57,879 nt of DNA. Origin: a virus. Taxonomy: Duplodnaviria > Caudoviricetes. The first letter of the stretch is position 1; each line of letters starts with the position of its first letter. The stretch is taken from IMG/VR virus record IMGVR_UViG_3300018072_000001, positions 1 to 57,879 of that record; one strand, written 5' to 3'. Below are positions 16,333-26,596 of this stretch, one piece after another. The notes beneath the pieces were generated by a model. That model had not been told where the DNA came from. It made no database searches and was given only the letters and a program-made list of their open reading frames with translations. A program made the translations under genes and the position numbers.

Positions 16333-18842
16333 TGTTTGGCCAGTCTACGAAGGAAGTCCGCTAAAGTAAAACGCACACTGGAAGCCGATACGGCATACAC
16401 TGGCGGGAGACTCTCCACCATGTCCATATGAATCTCATCGATGCCCACGGTTTGAATCTTGAAGAGTCCAACCAATGGCGGATTGGTGAGATTGATAGAC
16501 ACCGTCTTTCCACTAGCCGTTTTCGGATCACGTGTCGAGTAGTTCGCCGTACGGATTGGCATACTGAACAATGCCAACTCGCCGTCCCCTCGAATCTCTG
16601 CTTGTCGTATGGTCAGAATGTTGTCGTCCGAGATCACCGGACCTTCATGGATGCCATCCCCTTCACCTTCTCTCGCTGCTGCCGCAACCTGTGCGGCGAC
16701 GTCATCTCGCTGCACCCAAAAGTTGATAGGTGAATTCATTGGGATCGGTATGGTTATCGGCGCCGTCAACAACAGCGAACCGTTTGACGTAGTGGGACCA
16801 TTCCCGCCAGTCGCTCCGGCACCGTCCACACCAAATCCGGATCCGGTTCCACACGCGTCATCACCCATAGTCTCGCAGCCGTTGTTCGAAGGAATGATGG
16901 CGTCTCCACCAGCATCCCCACCGCCACCGCCTCCACCGCCTCCACCATCCGGACAGTCCGCACTACTGGCGCGTATCGGACACGCAGGATCTTCATCCAA
17001 TACGAGTTGGTCATCCACCTTGTGATACGGTAAGGTTTGCGATCCGACGTCAACCTTACCTACGGGATCAAATCGAGAAGGATCAGAAACCGCGAGTGGG
17101 CCGACCGTAGACACCGTCGGGAGTCGGCCGGTCCAACCGTCCAATGCAAATTTACCGTGAAGAATTCTAGCCTGCCAATTAAACACGAGATACGGATCGA
17201 TCGCCGAACCGGCATTATTCACGACCTTTACTCGGTGCGTAAATAATTCCGTCACCAGACTGAAGATCGTCGGGCGATTGAAATCTTGGTCGTAGAAATG
17301 TTGGCCACCGGGATACGGCGTACTTTCTACCGTAAGGGTAACGTTCGGATCAAACCCGGAGTCGGTATGTGAAATACTAGCTGACGTACGATTACCGCTC
17401 GGGTCCGCATCAGTGGTATCGATCACTACTCGGAAACCGTTTCCTGGAAGCGTGTTGATGGAATACGGTGTATTGAACGCACCGTTCAAGAAAATGTTGT
17501 ACGTGAGAAAATGAACCGTTCGTTCACCGGTTGTTGGTACTGGTACAGAAAGCGTTGAACCGTCATCTGGATTGAAATCAATCTCGAATGAACCGGTACC
17601 GGCACTAAACGGCGTAACCACTAGGTCGCCACTCGCGGAAGTACTGTCTAAGGTTCCGAGCAGTCCCACCGTTCCGGGATCCATATTGTCGGCTTCTCTC
17701 GAGATGTAGACATTCCTCGGTACACCGAACACTTGAAGATTTGAAAGATGCAGTAGGTGCGTACCGTCGAGTGTCACGAGTGCACGTGGACCCACTGTGG
17801 TCTCATGACCGTCTGGATACACGTTCGAGTACGCTACCCAATAATTCCCGGCCGGGTATGACCCGCCACCCCCACCTTGTGACACGGTCGGCGGAATGGT
17901 GGGCTTAGGATAGGTCTTGGTATTCTCGACCACACGTGCACCGAAGAAGCCGCTGTAGTTTACCAGCTGACCAGCGACGTATGCGGTGCCCGATCCTGGA
18001 AGTAGATTGACATCGGTGAGAGGAATCGTCGTCGAGCCGATTGGAACATTGGCTGCTACTGTGGTGCCGCTGCCTTTGACAAAAACTCGATTCCGTAGTT
18101 GACGCGTATCCTCGGTCCATTGAAAGTTCGGTTCACGCAGGAGGTTGGTATTAGTGTCGTTGAGTTCGTCTGGTGCTTCGTCCAAGTCGTACACATAGAG
18201 TCGAACATCTCGCACATTGAGCCGGAAGCTACCGTTAATCTGGAGTGCAAGATCCTCGAAGCATTGTGACATGCTTTTGGATCCATCGAATTCGATTGTA
18301 ACCTTCGGCAGTCCCGCTTGTATTCCCGTGGATGTGAAACCGTTAGTATAGTTCGTGATGAGAGACGTGGCTACAGTTGTTGCCGATACGTTATGAAAAC
18401 CGCCGATCGGACGACGACGATTGAACATGTACTGATAGTCACCAGCAGTGACCAAATAAAACAGTTCGTCTGAGTCTCCCTTCTTCGTGGCTTCAACCGT
18501 CAGTAGGACGCCGGAAAAAATATCGCCGGCTCCGAAGTCCAAGTTGATCTGCATACCAACGGCTGGTGTCGTAAAACTAGTTGCGAAGGTCGCTGCAATC
18601 ACCTGGCCGAGTGAGTCATCAATCGACAACGCGCGTCCGAGCTCGCGATGTACGCGTTGTGCCCACACACTAAGCGGACTCGGCGTATAGGTAAACGGCA
18701 GTCCACCAATGAAGGCACTGGCCTGACCTATCGCCGACCCTCCACTCGTGTTCGTACTGGATCCAATACCTTCAACTATGTTGGAGATACCGGATCCGGA
18801 CGGGCGAGGAAGACTATAGGGACCGCCGATGGCGATGGGCAT
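16329..18842 (-). CDS. Large tail tip / baseplate hub-like protein
   Basis: LRNRVFVKG hub-like motif, beta-rich, poly-Gly linker; position in the tail module. Confidence 0.6.
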   Translation of the reverse strand: MPIAIGGPYSLPRPSGSGISNIVEGIGSSTNTSGGSAIGQASAFIGGLPFTYTPSPLSVWAQRVHRELGRALSIDDSLGQVIAATFATSFTTPAVGMQINLDFGAGDIFSGVLLTVEATKKGDSDELFYLVTAGDYQYMFNRRRPIGGFHNVSATTVATSLITNYTNGFTSTGIQAGLPKVTIEFDGSKSMSQCFEDLALQINGSFRLNVRDVRLYVYDLDEAPDELNDTNTNLLREPNFQWTEDTRQLRNRVFVKGSGTTVAANVPIGSTTIPLTDVNLLPGSGTAYVAGQLVNYSGFFGARVVENTKTYPKPTIPPTVSQGGGGGSYPAGNYWVAYSNVYPDGHETTVGPRALVTLDGTHLLHLSNLQVFGVPRNVYISREADNMDPGTVGLLGTLDSTSASGDLVVTPFSAGTGSFEIDFNPDDGSTLSVPVPTTGERTVHFLTYNIFLNGAFNTPYSINTLPGNGFRVVIDTTDADPSGNRTSASISHTDSGFDPNVTLTVESTPYPGGQHFYDQDFNRPTIFSLVTELFTHRVKVVNNAGSAIDPYLVFNWQARILHGKFALDGWTGRLPTVSTVGPLAVSDPSRFDPVGKVDVGSQTLPYHKVDDQLVLDEDPACPIRASSADCPDGGGGGGGGGGDAGGDAIIPSNNGCETMGDDACGTGSGFGVDGAGATGGNGPTTSNGSLLLTAPITIPIPMNSPINFWVQRDDVAAQVAAAAREGEGDGIHEGPVISDDNILTIRQAEIRGDGELALFSMPIRTANYSTRDPKTASGKTVSINLTNPPLVGLFKIQTVGIDEIHMDMVESLPPVYAVSASSVRFTLADFLRRLAKQ

Positions 18843-18843
18843 G

Positions 18844-19401
18844 TTAGTTCAATGCTTCCAGACAGTACTGATGCAGTGTCAGAGAGTGCGTTGCCACCAC
18901 TTGAGTGAAGAAGAGATCTACCGTTTGCGATACCACTGAAGAGAAGTTTGCACCGACGGCCGGTGCTTGATTCCAAGGCAACATGCCGACCAATGATCCC
19001 AACGGCATCACACCGGAACCCTTGACCACTTCCGAAATGAACTTGCCGACGCCCATCAGATTGGCGTTGGTACCAACGGCTCGACACGTGAGCGTGATCT
19101 CGAGTTCCCACGGCATGTTCACGTGAGCCGTGACCGCGTCCAACAGGACGGCTTGACTGTCGAACACCACCGTCCCACCGAAATCGATATCAAATCGTGC
19201 GGTCCCTGGTGTGGTGATGACGGTGGAGATGCGTCCTGCAGCCCAGACACGTAACATGCGTCCAGCGTACTGAAAGAAACCAGGATCCAGAACGCCCTTC
19301 GCTTGTACGGGAAGAATGGAAACGCGTGCAGCCGTCGTGTGTGCGGTACCGTCACCTTGTGCGGTGACAAGAATTTCTCTCCAGGTCGGAACTCGATTCA
19401 T
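18844..19401 (-). CDS. Virion structural protein (tail region)
   Basis: Beta-rich; located in the tail operon. Confidence 0.5.
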   Translation of the reverse strand: MNRVPTWREILVTAQGDGTAHTTAARVSILPVQAKGVLDPGFFQYAGRMLRVWAAGRISTVITTPGTARFDIDFGGTVVFDSQAVLLDAVTAHVNMPWELEITLTCRAVGTNANLMGVGKFISEVVKGSGVMPLGSLVGMLPWNQAPAVGANFSSVVSQTVDLFFTQVVATHSLTLHQYCLEALN

Positions 19402-19818
19402 CTAAGCCTCCGTGATTGTACTACCTGAACCGATGACGGGAATAACGTCCACGACTACGGCAATGGCCGGTGCCACCGCTCCTTTGTATATGAGATAATT
19501 TCCGGTACCGGTACCGACCGACCAGAAGGTAACAGATCCTCCTGCACCCCCGGTCATACGCGGAAAACTAATCGGTGTTGTAGGACTGACCGAACCTGCG
19601 GTCACGGTCCATCCGGCAGCGGTTCTCGAAACCAACTGCCGTGCGTAGCCGGTGTAGGCGATCTCGTTTGTTGCCTGACTGGATGCTGGATCTCCGGTGT
19701 GCAGTGCCACAGTAAGATTCACGATCCCGGACAAAGCCTGACGCGCAAGATCTGAGAGTGTGATCGAGTTGAAGATCAACAGTAAGAGATCGTTTTTATA
19801 TGTCGCACCCTTAGACAT
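19402..19818 (-). CDS. Virion structural protein (tail fibre-associated family)
   Basis: VALHTGDP...EIAYTGYARQ motif common in phage tail proteins. Confidence 0.55.
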   Translation of the reverse strand: MSKGATYKNDLLLLIFNSITLSDLARQALSGIVNLTVALHTGDPASSQATNEIAYTGYARQLVSRTAAGWTVTAGSVSPTTPISFPRMTGGAGGSVTFWSVGTGTGNYLIYKGAVAPAIAVVVDVIPVIGSGSTITEA

Positions 19819-21013
19819 TCGGTCCTCTGACGATAACTTGAATCGTACCGAGTGCGTTCCCTTTCGGACTCACGCACGTAATGTTGGTTGCACTATTGAC
19901 AACAACGCTCGTCGCTTCCTTTGCGCCGAAGAAAACGCGATCTCCGGCCGTAAAACCGTGACCATCGATACTGACCGCTGTTCCACCGCGAATGGTTCCG
20001 CTGTTCGGTGTGATGAGATCGACACTCGGGGCAACGGCCGCTCCTCCGGCTACCGCAACGGTATCAGGACTAGGACTCGATTCGAAGATGACGAACTTCG
20101 TCAACGATGGAGAATAACCGACACCGATCCATGGACGGAAGAAGTCATCGACACCGTTGTCCATCAACTCTGTCGTCCACACATCGGCGTCTGTAGACAG
20201 CGCAACCTTCGCATCCGTAGAGGAGTGAACCAATACGAATTTCGTGAGCTCAGGAGAGTACGCGATCATTCGAATGGTTGTGAGTGTCCATCCCGTTGGA
20301 GGAGTACCCCAATCGGTCCATGTCACTCCACCGTCCGTTGAACGCACCACGTGCCCAGTACCGGTTTGCGATACCGCCACAAACATACCGAGCGTAGATG
20401 AATACGCAATCCCTCGGTTCTGGAATCCCAACGAGATCGGCGTGGTTTGCAACGTCCAGGTCACGCCATCAGGCGACGTCATGATGCTCTGGGTACTGTT
20501 CGTACCGGCGGACGCCACGAGTTGAGTCGTACCGTTCGTAGCGATCCCGCCCCAAGTCTTTAAGGTCACCGGTGTCGTCTGGTTGGTCCACGTGATCCCG
20601 TCTGGCGACGTCATCGCACGATGCGTACCGCCTTGCGAGACCGCTACAAACAGATTGATGGATCCACCGATCCACGTGACATCTTGCCACGCATTCGCTT
20701 CTGAAGCCACTCGACCGGTCCAACTGATACCGTCCACAGAAGTCATTACCTGATTGACCGCCGCGGTCGAACTTGATACTGCCACAAGTGTGGTGCCGTT
20801 GAAAGCTACGCTCAACCAGGAGTTTGCCTCAGGCGTACTTCGCATTGTCCATGTAATCGCGTCCGGAGACGTCAGTACGCGTTTCAAGTCTGCACCGGTA
20901 CGGGATTCTACAAGGACGAACAGATTGATGGATCCTCCGGCGAAGATACACTTGTTGTAGGTGGGTGTACCGGCCGCTGAGTCAGTAGCGGGTTTTGTCC
21001 AATTGAAAGCCAT
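19811..21013 (-). CDS. Asp-box/BNR beta-propeller + IPT/TIG domain protein (receptor-binding candidate)
   Basis: Repeated TSPDGxTWT; C-terminal ITPNSG..GGT.V.I.G.GF. Confidence 0.7.
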   Translation of the reverse strand: MAFNWTKPATDSAAGTPTYNKCIFAGGSINLFVLVESRTGADLKRVLTSPDAITWTMRSTPEANSWLSVAFNGTTLVAVSSSTAAVNQVMTSVDGISWTGRVASEANAWQDVTWIGGSINLFVAVSQGGTHRAMTSPDGITWTNQTTPVTLKTWGGIATNGTTQLVASAGTNSTQSIMTSPDGVTWTLQTTPISLGFQNRGIAYSSTLGMFVAVSQTGTGHVVRSTDGGVTWTDWGTPPTGWTLTTIRMIAYSPELTKFVLVHSSTDAKVALSTDADVWTTELMDNGVDDFFRPWIGVGYSPSLTKFVIFESSPSPDTVAVAGGAAVAPSVDLITPNSGTIRGGTAVSIDGHGFTAGDRVFFGAKEATSVVVNSATNITCVSPKGNALGTIQVIVRGPNV

Positions 21014-21015
21014 GA

Positions 21016-23154
21016 TCAGTTCGACCCGAAGAGTGCACCGGTCTTTCGAAGAATTTCGTCACCGACTTTCGTAGCGGCACTGCGAAGGGTATCGTTGATG
21101 TAGATGTTGTTGACCTGTGAACGTGATGCGCCACCGGTTGCCGAGAGCGGTGTACCGGATGGATACACTGATGAACCAAATGGTAGCCGTACCGGCTCTG
21201 GTCCATTCTCACCAACCATAACCAAACCACCTTCAGCGAATCCTGGAATCTTCGGACCCGGACCGGTGGGCGTGCCGGGTGGTGGTGGACCTTGCTTCGC
21301 GAACTGGAGAATCTGTGAAAACGAATACCCGAGTTTCGCCCACGCCGTTACATCTCCTTGATTGAGTCCGAAGCTTGCGGCCGTCGAACCAAGGTTGGTC
21401 TTGTTAACATCGAACGAAGCGGAAGACGCTTTCGCTAGCGAACCCAATTCAGATGACAGTTTCTTTACTGCATTGGCATTCGCATTCACCGCGTTTGCAC
21501 TGGCGGCATTTGCGCCGGCCAGTTGAGCCGTTGCATTTGCTGCGGCATGGAGATCCTGTTCTAAGGCTTTCACCTGGTCGTCCGTGAGACCATAGTACGC
21601 GGCCACGTCTCTGGCTGAGACGCCGGACTGCAACAGATGCTCAGCCCAGGACACAATACTCCCGTCAATGGAATCTATTTGTTGCTGGAAGGTCATCGAT
21701 CCTGAAGCCACGGCCGTCAAGACCTTAGCCCAGTCCTCAGCGGCCTTCTGCGCTTTCTTCGTAGACTCGGTTTCTTCCTTCAGGGATCCATCGATTTCTT
21801 TTACTTGCGCATTGGTCAAACCGTACGCCTTCGCCAGTTCCTGCTGAGAGATGCCGGCCTGCAAATAAAACTTTACGGCTTCCACAACGGTACCGCTGAC
21901 ACTATCCAACGTCTCCTTGTGAGTCCTTCCAACGGAGTTCAGATCGTCCATGATCTTCTGCCACTCTTTGGCAGCTTCAGCGGTCTTCTTGATTGCGGCT
22001 TCCTGCTCCTTGTGCGCATCGATGAGTGTCTTTACCGCCACCACATTGGTCCCGGTAAGTTCAGCGATGTCCTTCATCGACTGCCCGAACTTATTCAGTT
22101 CGAGGATCTCCTGTTCCTGGACGGCTGTCAGCGGTATGTACGCTTGGTTGCGGAGCTCGTCGAGCTTTACCGCTGCTCGATCAATCACTTCTCCGGACTG
22201 AGAGAAATGCTCGTTGAGGAATTTTACTGCCTCACCGTACTTAATTCCGGCCGGAGCACCGGCTTCCAACGCTTTGTTTACGGTGTCAAGTTTTGCGGCA
22301 GCAGTTTCGGCTTCCAACGCATCATTGCCGAGATAGTCAGCAATGGGTTTCAACGATATCAGTTCAACCGCCGCGAGCGCCACATTCGCAGATGCCAGCT
22401 TCAATCGATCCCATGCCAACGTGAGCTCATTGGTCAATGGTGCCACGGTTCGACCGACATCTTCCCAGGCTTCCTTTGTAAGCGTCGCCGAATGCCGAAC
22501 CTCTGCACCGAACGCCTTTGCCGCCGCGACTTCTGCATCACTCCAGAGATGACCGAGCTTTTCACTTTCTTCGGAAAGGTCCGTCAACGGTTTGAGCAGT
22601 GTCGGTAGGATCTCCCGACCTTGACGGCCAAAGATCTCGAAGGCCACCGCGCTCTTGTTCACCTCTGTTCCGGCACTTCGAAATGCGTCGCTAACTTTCA
22701 GCAGCTGCTCGTCTGGTCGAAGTTGTTTGAGCTCAGCAACTGAGAGTCCCAGCTTGTTGAGTCCCTTGTCCACTGCATCAGCGTTGTCTTCAAGACGTTT
22801 CTGAAACATGAACAACGAATTACCGAAGGTTTCGAGCGTACCTCCCGCTGCGGATATCGCGAAGTCCAAGTTGTCGATGGCCTCAACGGGGATGTTGAAC
22901 TGCGTGGCCATCCGTCCGAACTGCTGACCAACTTCCTGAGACTCGTTACCCAGGGCAATGAGTTCGGCTCCGATCACAGCACCGGCAGCAACGAAGGCCG
23001 TTGCTACCAATGCTTCACCGGAAACCAGATTCGTTACCCACGACGTGTGTTCACCGCCGAACTTCTCGAGATTCTTCTGGACGGTCTCGAGCGTCTCGGT
23101 GTATTCGTCTTTGAGTTTTATTACACCTTGAATTGCTTCAAGATCGATAGCCAT
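21016..23154 (-). CDS. Tape measure protein
   Basis: Long Ala-rich helical protein after the tail chaperones; C-terminal FAEGG..VGENGPE motif. Confidence 0.85.
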   Translation of the reverse strand: MAIDLEAIQGVIKLKDEYTETLETVQKNLEKFGGEHTSWVTNLVSGEALVATAFVAAGAVIGAELIALGNESQEVGQQFGRMATQFNIPVEAIDNLDFAISAAGGTLETFGNSLFMFQKRLEDNADAVDKGLNKLGLSVAELKQLRPDEQLLKVSDAFRSAGTEVNKSAVAFEIFGRQGREILPTLLKPLTDLSEESEKLGHLWSDAEVAAAKAFGAEVRHSATLTKEAWEDVGRTVAPLTNELTLAWDRLKLASANVALAAVELISLKPIADYLGNDALEAETAAAKLDTVNKALEAGAPAGIKYGEAVKFLNEHFSQSGEVIDRAAVKLDELRNQAYIPLTAVQEQEILELNKFGQSMKDIAELTGTNVVAVKTLIDAHKEQEAAIKKTAEAAKEWQKIMDDLNSVGRTHKETLDSVSGTVVEAVKFYLQAGISQQELAKAYGLTNAQVKEIDGSLKEETESTKKAQKAAEDWAKVLTAVASGSMTFQQQIDSIDGSIVSWAEHLLQSGVSARDVAAYYGLTDDQVKALEQDLHAAANATAQLAGANAASANAVNANANAVKKLSSELGSLAKASSASFDVNKTNLGSTAASFGLNQGDVTAWAKLGYSFSQILQFAKQGPPPPGTPTGPGPKIPGFAEGGLVMVGENGPEPVRLPFGSSVYPSGTPLSATGGASRSQVNNIYINDTLRSAATKVGDEILRKTGALFGSN

Positions 23155-23498
23155 CAGCGGATTCCCTTTTCCTTAGCAGCAATGGCCGCATTGCTACCGA
23201 AGATCCACGCATCGATCATTGCTTCTTGATACTCCAACGTCTGTTTCGGTGCCGTTGGAATAGTGAGATCACCGAACGGTAGTATGAAGTCTTTCAGCTT
23301 CCGTCCGTCTCTAACTAGTACTTGAACAATGTGTGCGGCATTCATATCCGCACGGTAGTCTTCGAATGGTTCCAGGTCTTCGAAGGCTTTCCATTCCTGA
23401 AACATATGCCACGACATCGTACGCAACATCTGATTCACGTTTGGAAAGCCGAGCCGACACGCGAGTCGAAATGCGAAGCGGCGATCACCGCCTCGCAC
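23154..23498 (-). CDS. Tail assembly chaperone, frameshift extension (gpT-like)
   Basis: In the -1 frame of the upstream chaperone; LACRLG...EWKAF...PF motif. Confidence 0.75.
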   Translation of the reverse strand: MRGGDRRFAFRLACRLGFPNVNQMLRTMSWHMFQEWKAFEDLEPFEDYRADMNAAHIVQVLVRDGRKLKDFILPFGDLTIPTAPKQTLEYQEAMIDAWIFGSNAAIAAKEKGIR

Positions 23499-23899
23499 TA
23501 ATCCTTTTTTAAGGCCACCCCGCCATCTTTCGACATGCCGTTCAACTTCAAACAGGTTTTCTGAAGTCGGTTAAGCACAAACATACTCTTCCGCTTCAGT
23601 TTAGTAATGTGACCTTGCATGATATCGTTGTAGGTTGGATCGGTGCGTGGCGGCGTCGGGTAGAGACGATTGTTGTTCTCGTCTACGGCGCAGTATACGA
23701 GAATGACGTACATACCGTCACGGACGTTTGCTTGAATATCCATCTCGGCAGAGAGTTCCATGCCGTCGTTTGCCGGCATTTGGCGAAGCCGGACCACGCC
23801 CGGCTTCCCCTCAGCATCCTTCCATTCCGGAACGGACTCATCAACGTACGCGAGATCGTCTGCTGCGTCAATCTGATCGGCCGAAAGTAATACGCTCAT
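23498..23899 (-). CDS. Tail assembly chaperone (gpG-like)
   Basis: Lies between the tail tube and tape measure genes; VPEW motif; slippery end. Confidence 0.75.
   Translation of the reverse strand: MSVLLSADQIDAADDLAYVDESVPEWKDAEGKPGVVRLRQMPANDGMELSAEMDIQANVRDGMYVILVYCAVDENNNRLYPTPPRTDPTYNDIMQGHITKLKRKSMFVLNRLQKTCLKLNGMSKDGGVALKKD
23504..23510 (-). other. Programmed -1 ribosomal frameshift site A_AAA_AAG
   Basis: Minus strand reads TTA AAA AAG GAT TAG; a -1 slip gives KKGLVRGGDRR..., joining ORF 23154..23498. Confidence 0.8.
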
Positions 23900-23959
23900 G
23901 ACTTCTACCTCACAGTAAAAAGTGATTGTGCTCCATTTCCTCGAAGATGTCCGAGGAGT

Positions 23960-24373
23960 CTACGCTTCTGCCACAGTTGAAGACCAGGTCAACGCCAGTG
24001 TCGCACCTTGCTTGGAATCCACCGGTGCCGGATCAAACTTGAACTGTTGCACGTACGCGAATCCGGTTCGCGTCTTGCCGGATGGAAATAGAATCTGCCA
24101 CGCGTTCTTCACGTTGTTCGTGATGTCCGCGAGGATGGTGATGTGCGTCGCATCCGATGCCACGTAGTTGATCTTCATCGTGGGATCGTTCTGGCGCAAG
24201 ATGCCCAACACGTGAGACTCCGACCCATCGTTGTGGGTTGAGGTCTCGATCTTGTTGCGCATCATTCCGCCGGGATCGAGCTCAGTAAGTTCACCGATCG
24301 TAACGAACGCCGTTGGCGTAGCGAACGGTGCTCGCTTGATCAGGATGCCAGTCGCTGTCACTGCATTCGACAT
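23960..24373 (-). CDS. Major tail (tube) protein
   Basis: FVTIGEL...IETSTH...WQILFP...GFAYV lambda-like tail tube pattern. Confidence 0.75.
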   Translation of the reverse strand: MSNAVTATGILIKRAPFATPTAFVTIGELTELDPGGMMRNKIETSTHNDGSESHVLGILRQNDPTMKINYVASDATHITILADITNNVKNAWQILFPSGKTRTGFAYVQQFKFDPAPVDSKQGATLALTWSSTVAEA

Positions 24374-24414
24374 ACTCGTGTCTCCTTTGAAATCTTGCTA
24401 CGGGTCGATGAGTT

Positions 24415-24915
24415 CTAGACGCTGGTTCCGAGGATCGCGAGATCGAACACCTGCGTACCGGCCGACGGAGTGAACTGCAGGATGTCGGCGGTCGCTGCCG
24501 TCACCGGCCACCCGGCCGCATCCGGTGAGTACACGAAGAACACACCACCCGGTTTGATGGCCCACGTATGAGCAATGGCACCGAAACCGAGAAGAACAGA
24601 GGCCGCGTCATTGCCCATAATGACGTTGCCGCTGTTGGCTGCCGCTGCGATGACGAGAATGGCTTTGACTCGTGCCAAGACGAACGCGGCACCGAAAGCG
24701 TCGAGCAGTGACCCACTCAAGTCATAGTCGAATGCAGCAGCGATTGACTTTCCTGCATCCGTGAAGATACGATCAGCCTGACCGGCACCGGTTCCGCTAG
24801 GGACGGAAACGTTGATGCCAGTCTCGAGAGCAGCCTGACCAGACGCAAGACCGAGCGTGTTGGCCAAGATGGATTGAAATCGAACGACAAGTGTTGACGT
24901 AACGGTTGCGGCCAT
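24415..24915 (-). CDS. Virion structural protein
   Basis: GTGAGQAD...DLSGSLLDAFG; AGGAG RBS. Confidence 0.55.
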   Translation of the reverse strand: MAATVTSTLVVRFQSILANTLGLASGQAALETGINVSVPSGTGAGQADRIFTDAGKSIAAAFDYDLSGSLLDAFGAAFVLARVKAILVIAAAANSGNVIMGNDAASVLLGFGAIAHTWAIKPGGVFFVYSPDAAGWPVTAATADILQFTPSAGTQVFDLAILGTSV

Positions 24916-24927
24916 GTTGAGATCTCC

Positions 24928-25371
24928 TTAACTGGTTGCCGATGATAGGCGCTTGACGATCTCGAGATTGAAGACGTATCGCGCTCGACCTTTTTCATCA
25001 ACGGGTAGTTCGAACGGTTCCTGCTTCGGTGCGCACTTTCGCCACCACGTACCGTTAATGAACTGATCGTAGAAGTTGAAGGTGACTTCATATAACTCGA
25101 ATGCGACGTCTTCTGCGTCCTGCGGGTGCTCCGCTCTGGTGGTCACCTGAACGGATGGTCGTTCGTAGGCAATGGTAGTGCGTGACAAGTTATGCGTACC
25201 CTCGTCACCTAGTCCTCCCGTTCTAATGAGAGTAATGAACGCACGAGCACCAACCGGTAGCGCGTCCGGAATGACGGCTCGCGGTCCCCTGAAGAGTGTC
25301 GTACCGAACGTACCATATCCTCCCTGTGTGAGAAGCAACAGCAAGTCCGGATAGACGGTGGATGCACTCAT
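24928..25371 (-). CDS. Tail terminator / minor capsid-family protein
   Basis: ERPSVQVTTR...DEKGRARYVFN. Confidence 0.65.
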   Translation of the reverse strand: MSASTVYPDLLLLLTQGGYGTFGTTLFRGPRAVIPDALPVGARAFITLIRTGGLGDEGTHNLSRTTIAYERPSVQVTTRAEHPQDAEDVAFELYEVTFNFYDQFINGTWWRKCAPKQEPFELPVDEKGRARYVFNLEIVKRLSSATS

Positions 25372-25778
25372 AACGCCTTACCCATTTGGATTTTTCTCGC
25401 TACACGATCTTTAATGAACCGAGAAGCTTTCCCCAACGGCCGTTCGATATACTTCGCTTCACCGACAGAGTGAAAGAAATCGAGATCCTCGTGCTGCACC
25501 GCAGCATAGGTTGCCGACTTCGGTCCGGTCTTGATTTTCACAATGATCGTCTTGCCGTCCTGGATTGGTCCTTCAGAATGAATCTCGTCACGTAGCGTTC
25601 CGGGTGGATTATTTCCGTAGGTACGGTCAGCGACCGGTGTCACGGCCTTACACTCTGGAACGAGTTCATCTGCGACTTCCTTTAAGGCACGACCGATCTC
25701 ACCCGGTGCATGAGCAGCGAGTTTCTTCATGTCGGCTATGTTCTTGAGAATGTCAGAGTAAATCGAGCTACCAGCCAT
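25368..25778 (-). CDS. HK97 gp10-like tail completion protein
   Basis: TPV...GTLR...YAAVQHE...AKYIERP. Confidence 0.7.
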   Translation of the reverse strand: MAGSSIYSDILKNIADMKKLAAHAPGEIGRALKEVADELVPECKAVTPVADRTYGNNPPGTLRDEIHSEGPIQDGKTIIVKIKTGPKSATYAAVQHEDLDFFHSVGEAKYIERPLGKASRFIKDRVARKIQMGKAL

Positions 25779-26128
25779 CAGCCGAGATAGACCTCTGTAA
25801 GAATCGGATTGACGTTCGAGACAAAACCTTCGGTGTTGAGAATTGGACCGGTGGTTCCGTCCGGTAGTGTAAAACGGTCCTGCAAGTTCACGACAGTAGA
25901 ATTGAGTAAGGCAATGTAGGCTTGCGACATTACCATTTCTCCAGTGGAGGTCTTCACCAACTTCTGTTTCTTCACCACCACTGCACGACGGGCCACTGCC
26001 GCAGCAAAGGAACGATTGCCGGCACCATCAATACTGATGACGGACTCGTGACTCACGATCGCCTGCATTCCCAAATCATTTGTGATGGAATCAGCGATCG
26101 CGACGACATCATCGAGAAGTCCCATCAT
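25778..26128 (-). CDS. Head closure protein
   Basis: Position in the head-tail module; DRFTLPDG motif. Confidence 0.55.
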   Translation of the reverse strand: MMGLLDDVVAIADSITNDLGMQAIVSHESVISIDGAGNRSFAAAVARRAVVVKKQKLVKTSTGEMVMSQAYIALLNSTVVNLQDRFTLPDGTTGPILNTEGFVSNVNPILTEVYLG

Positions 26129-26131
26129 GAC

Positions 26132-26596
26132 TTACTCCAGGATGTCCATCGACACGTCGAGAGTAGGACCGCCGGTGATGTTGTGCAGCGTGAACGTTTG
26201 TCCAGCAGGAATCCAGATACCGACACCACGGTCCAGTCCTCCCAAAATGAGAGGTAGGATATCTCGAATAGCACTGATGGTTGCCGGTACAGATACTCGA
26301 TGGAAGAAAGCCGCAGGAGCGGTGGGTGAGGTACCCCATGCCAATGCGACCTTTGTGAGCGACGGTTCTCCGTTCTCTACCGATAAAAACGAGACCGGAG
26401 TAGTGGGAGTAATTCCCGCGACAGCAGGACGACCAGTACCGAACACCCCTGTCACGGCCGACGCGACCGTAATGTTGAAGTTCAGTATCCGAACACCCTT
26501 CACACCGGAAATCACTGTCGGAGCGATGATCTCCAACAATGCTTGAGCGGACGTGACGTTCGATGTCCGAACAGCGAGTTCATAGCGTTGTGACAT
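26132..26596 (-). CDS. Virion structural protein
   Basis: Beta-rich ORF in the head-tail module. Confidence 0.5.
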   Translation of the reverse strand: MSQRYELAVRTSNVTSAQALLEIIAPTVISGVKGVRILNFNITVASAVTGVFGTGRPAVAGITPTTPVSFLSVENGEPSLTKVALAWGTSPTAPAAFFHRVSVPATISAIRDILPLILGGLDRGVGIWIPAGQTFTLHNITGGPTLDVSMDILE

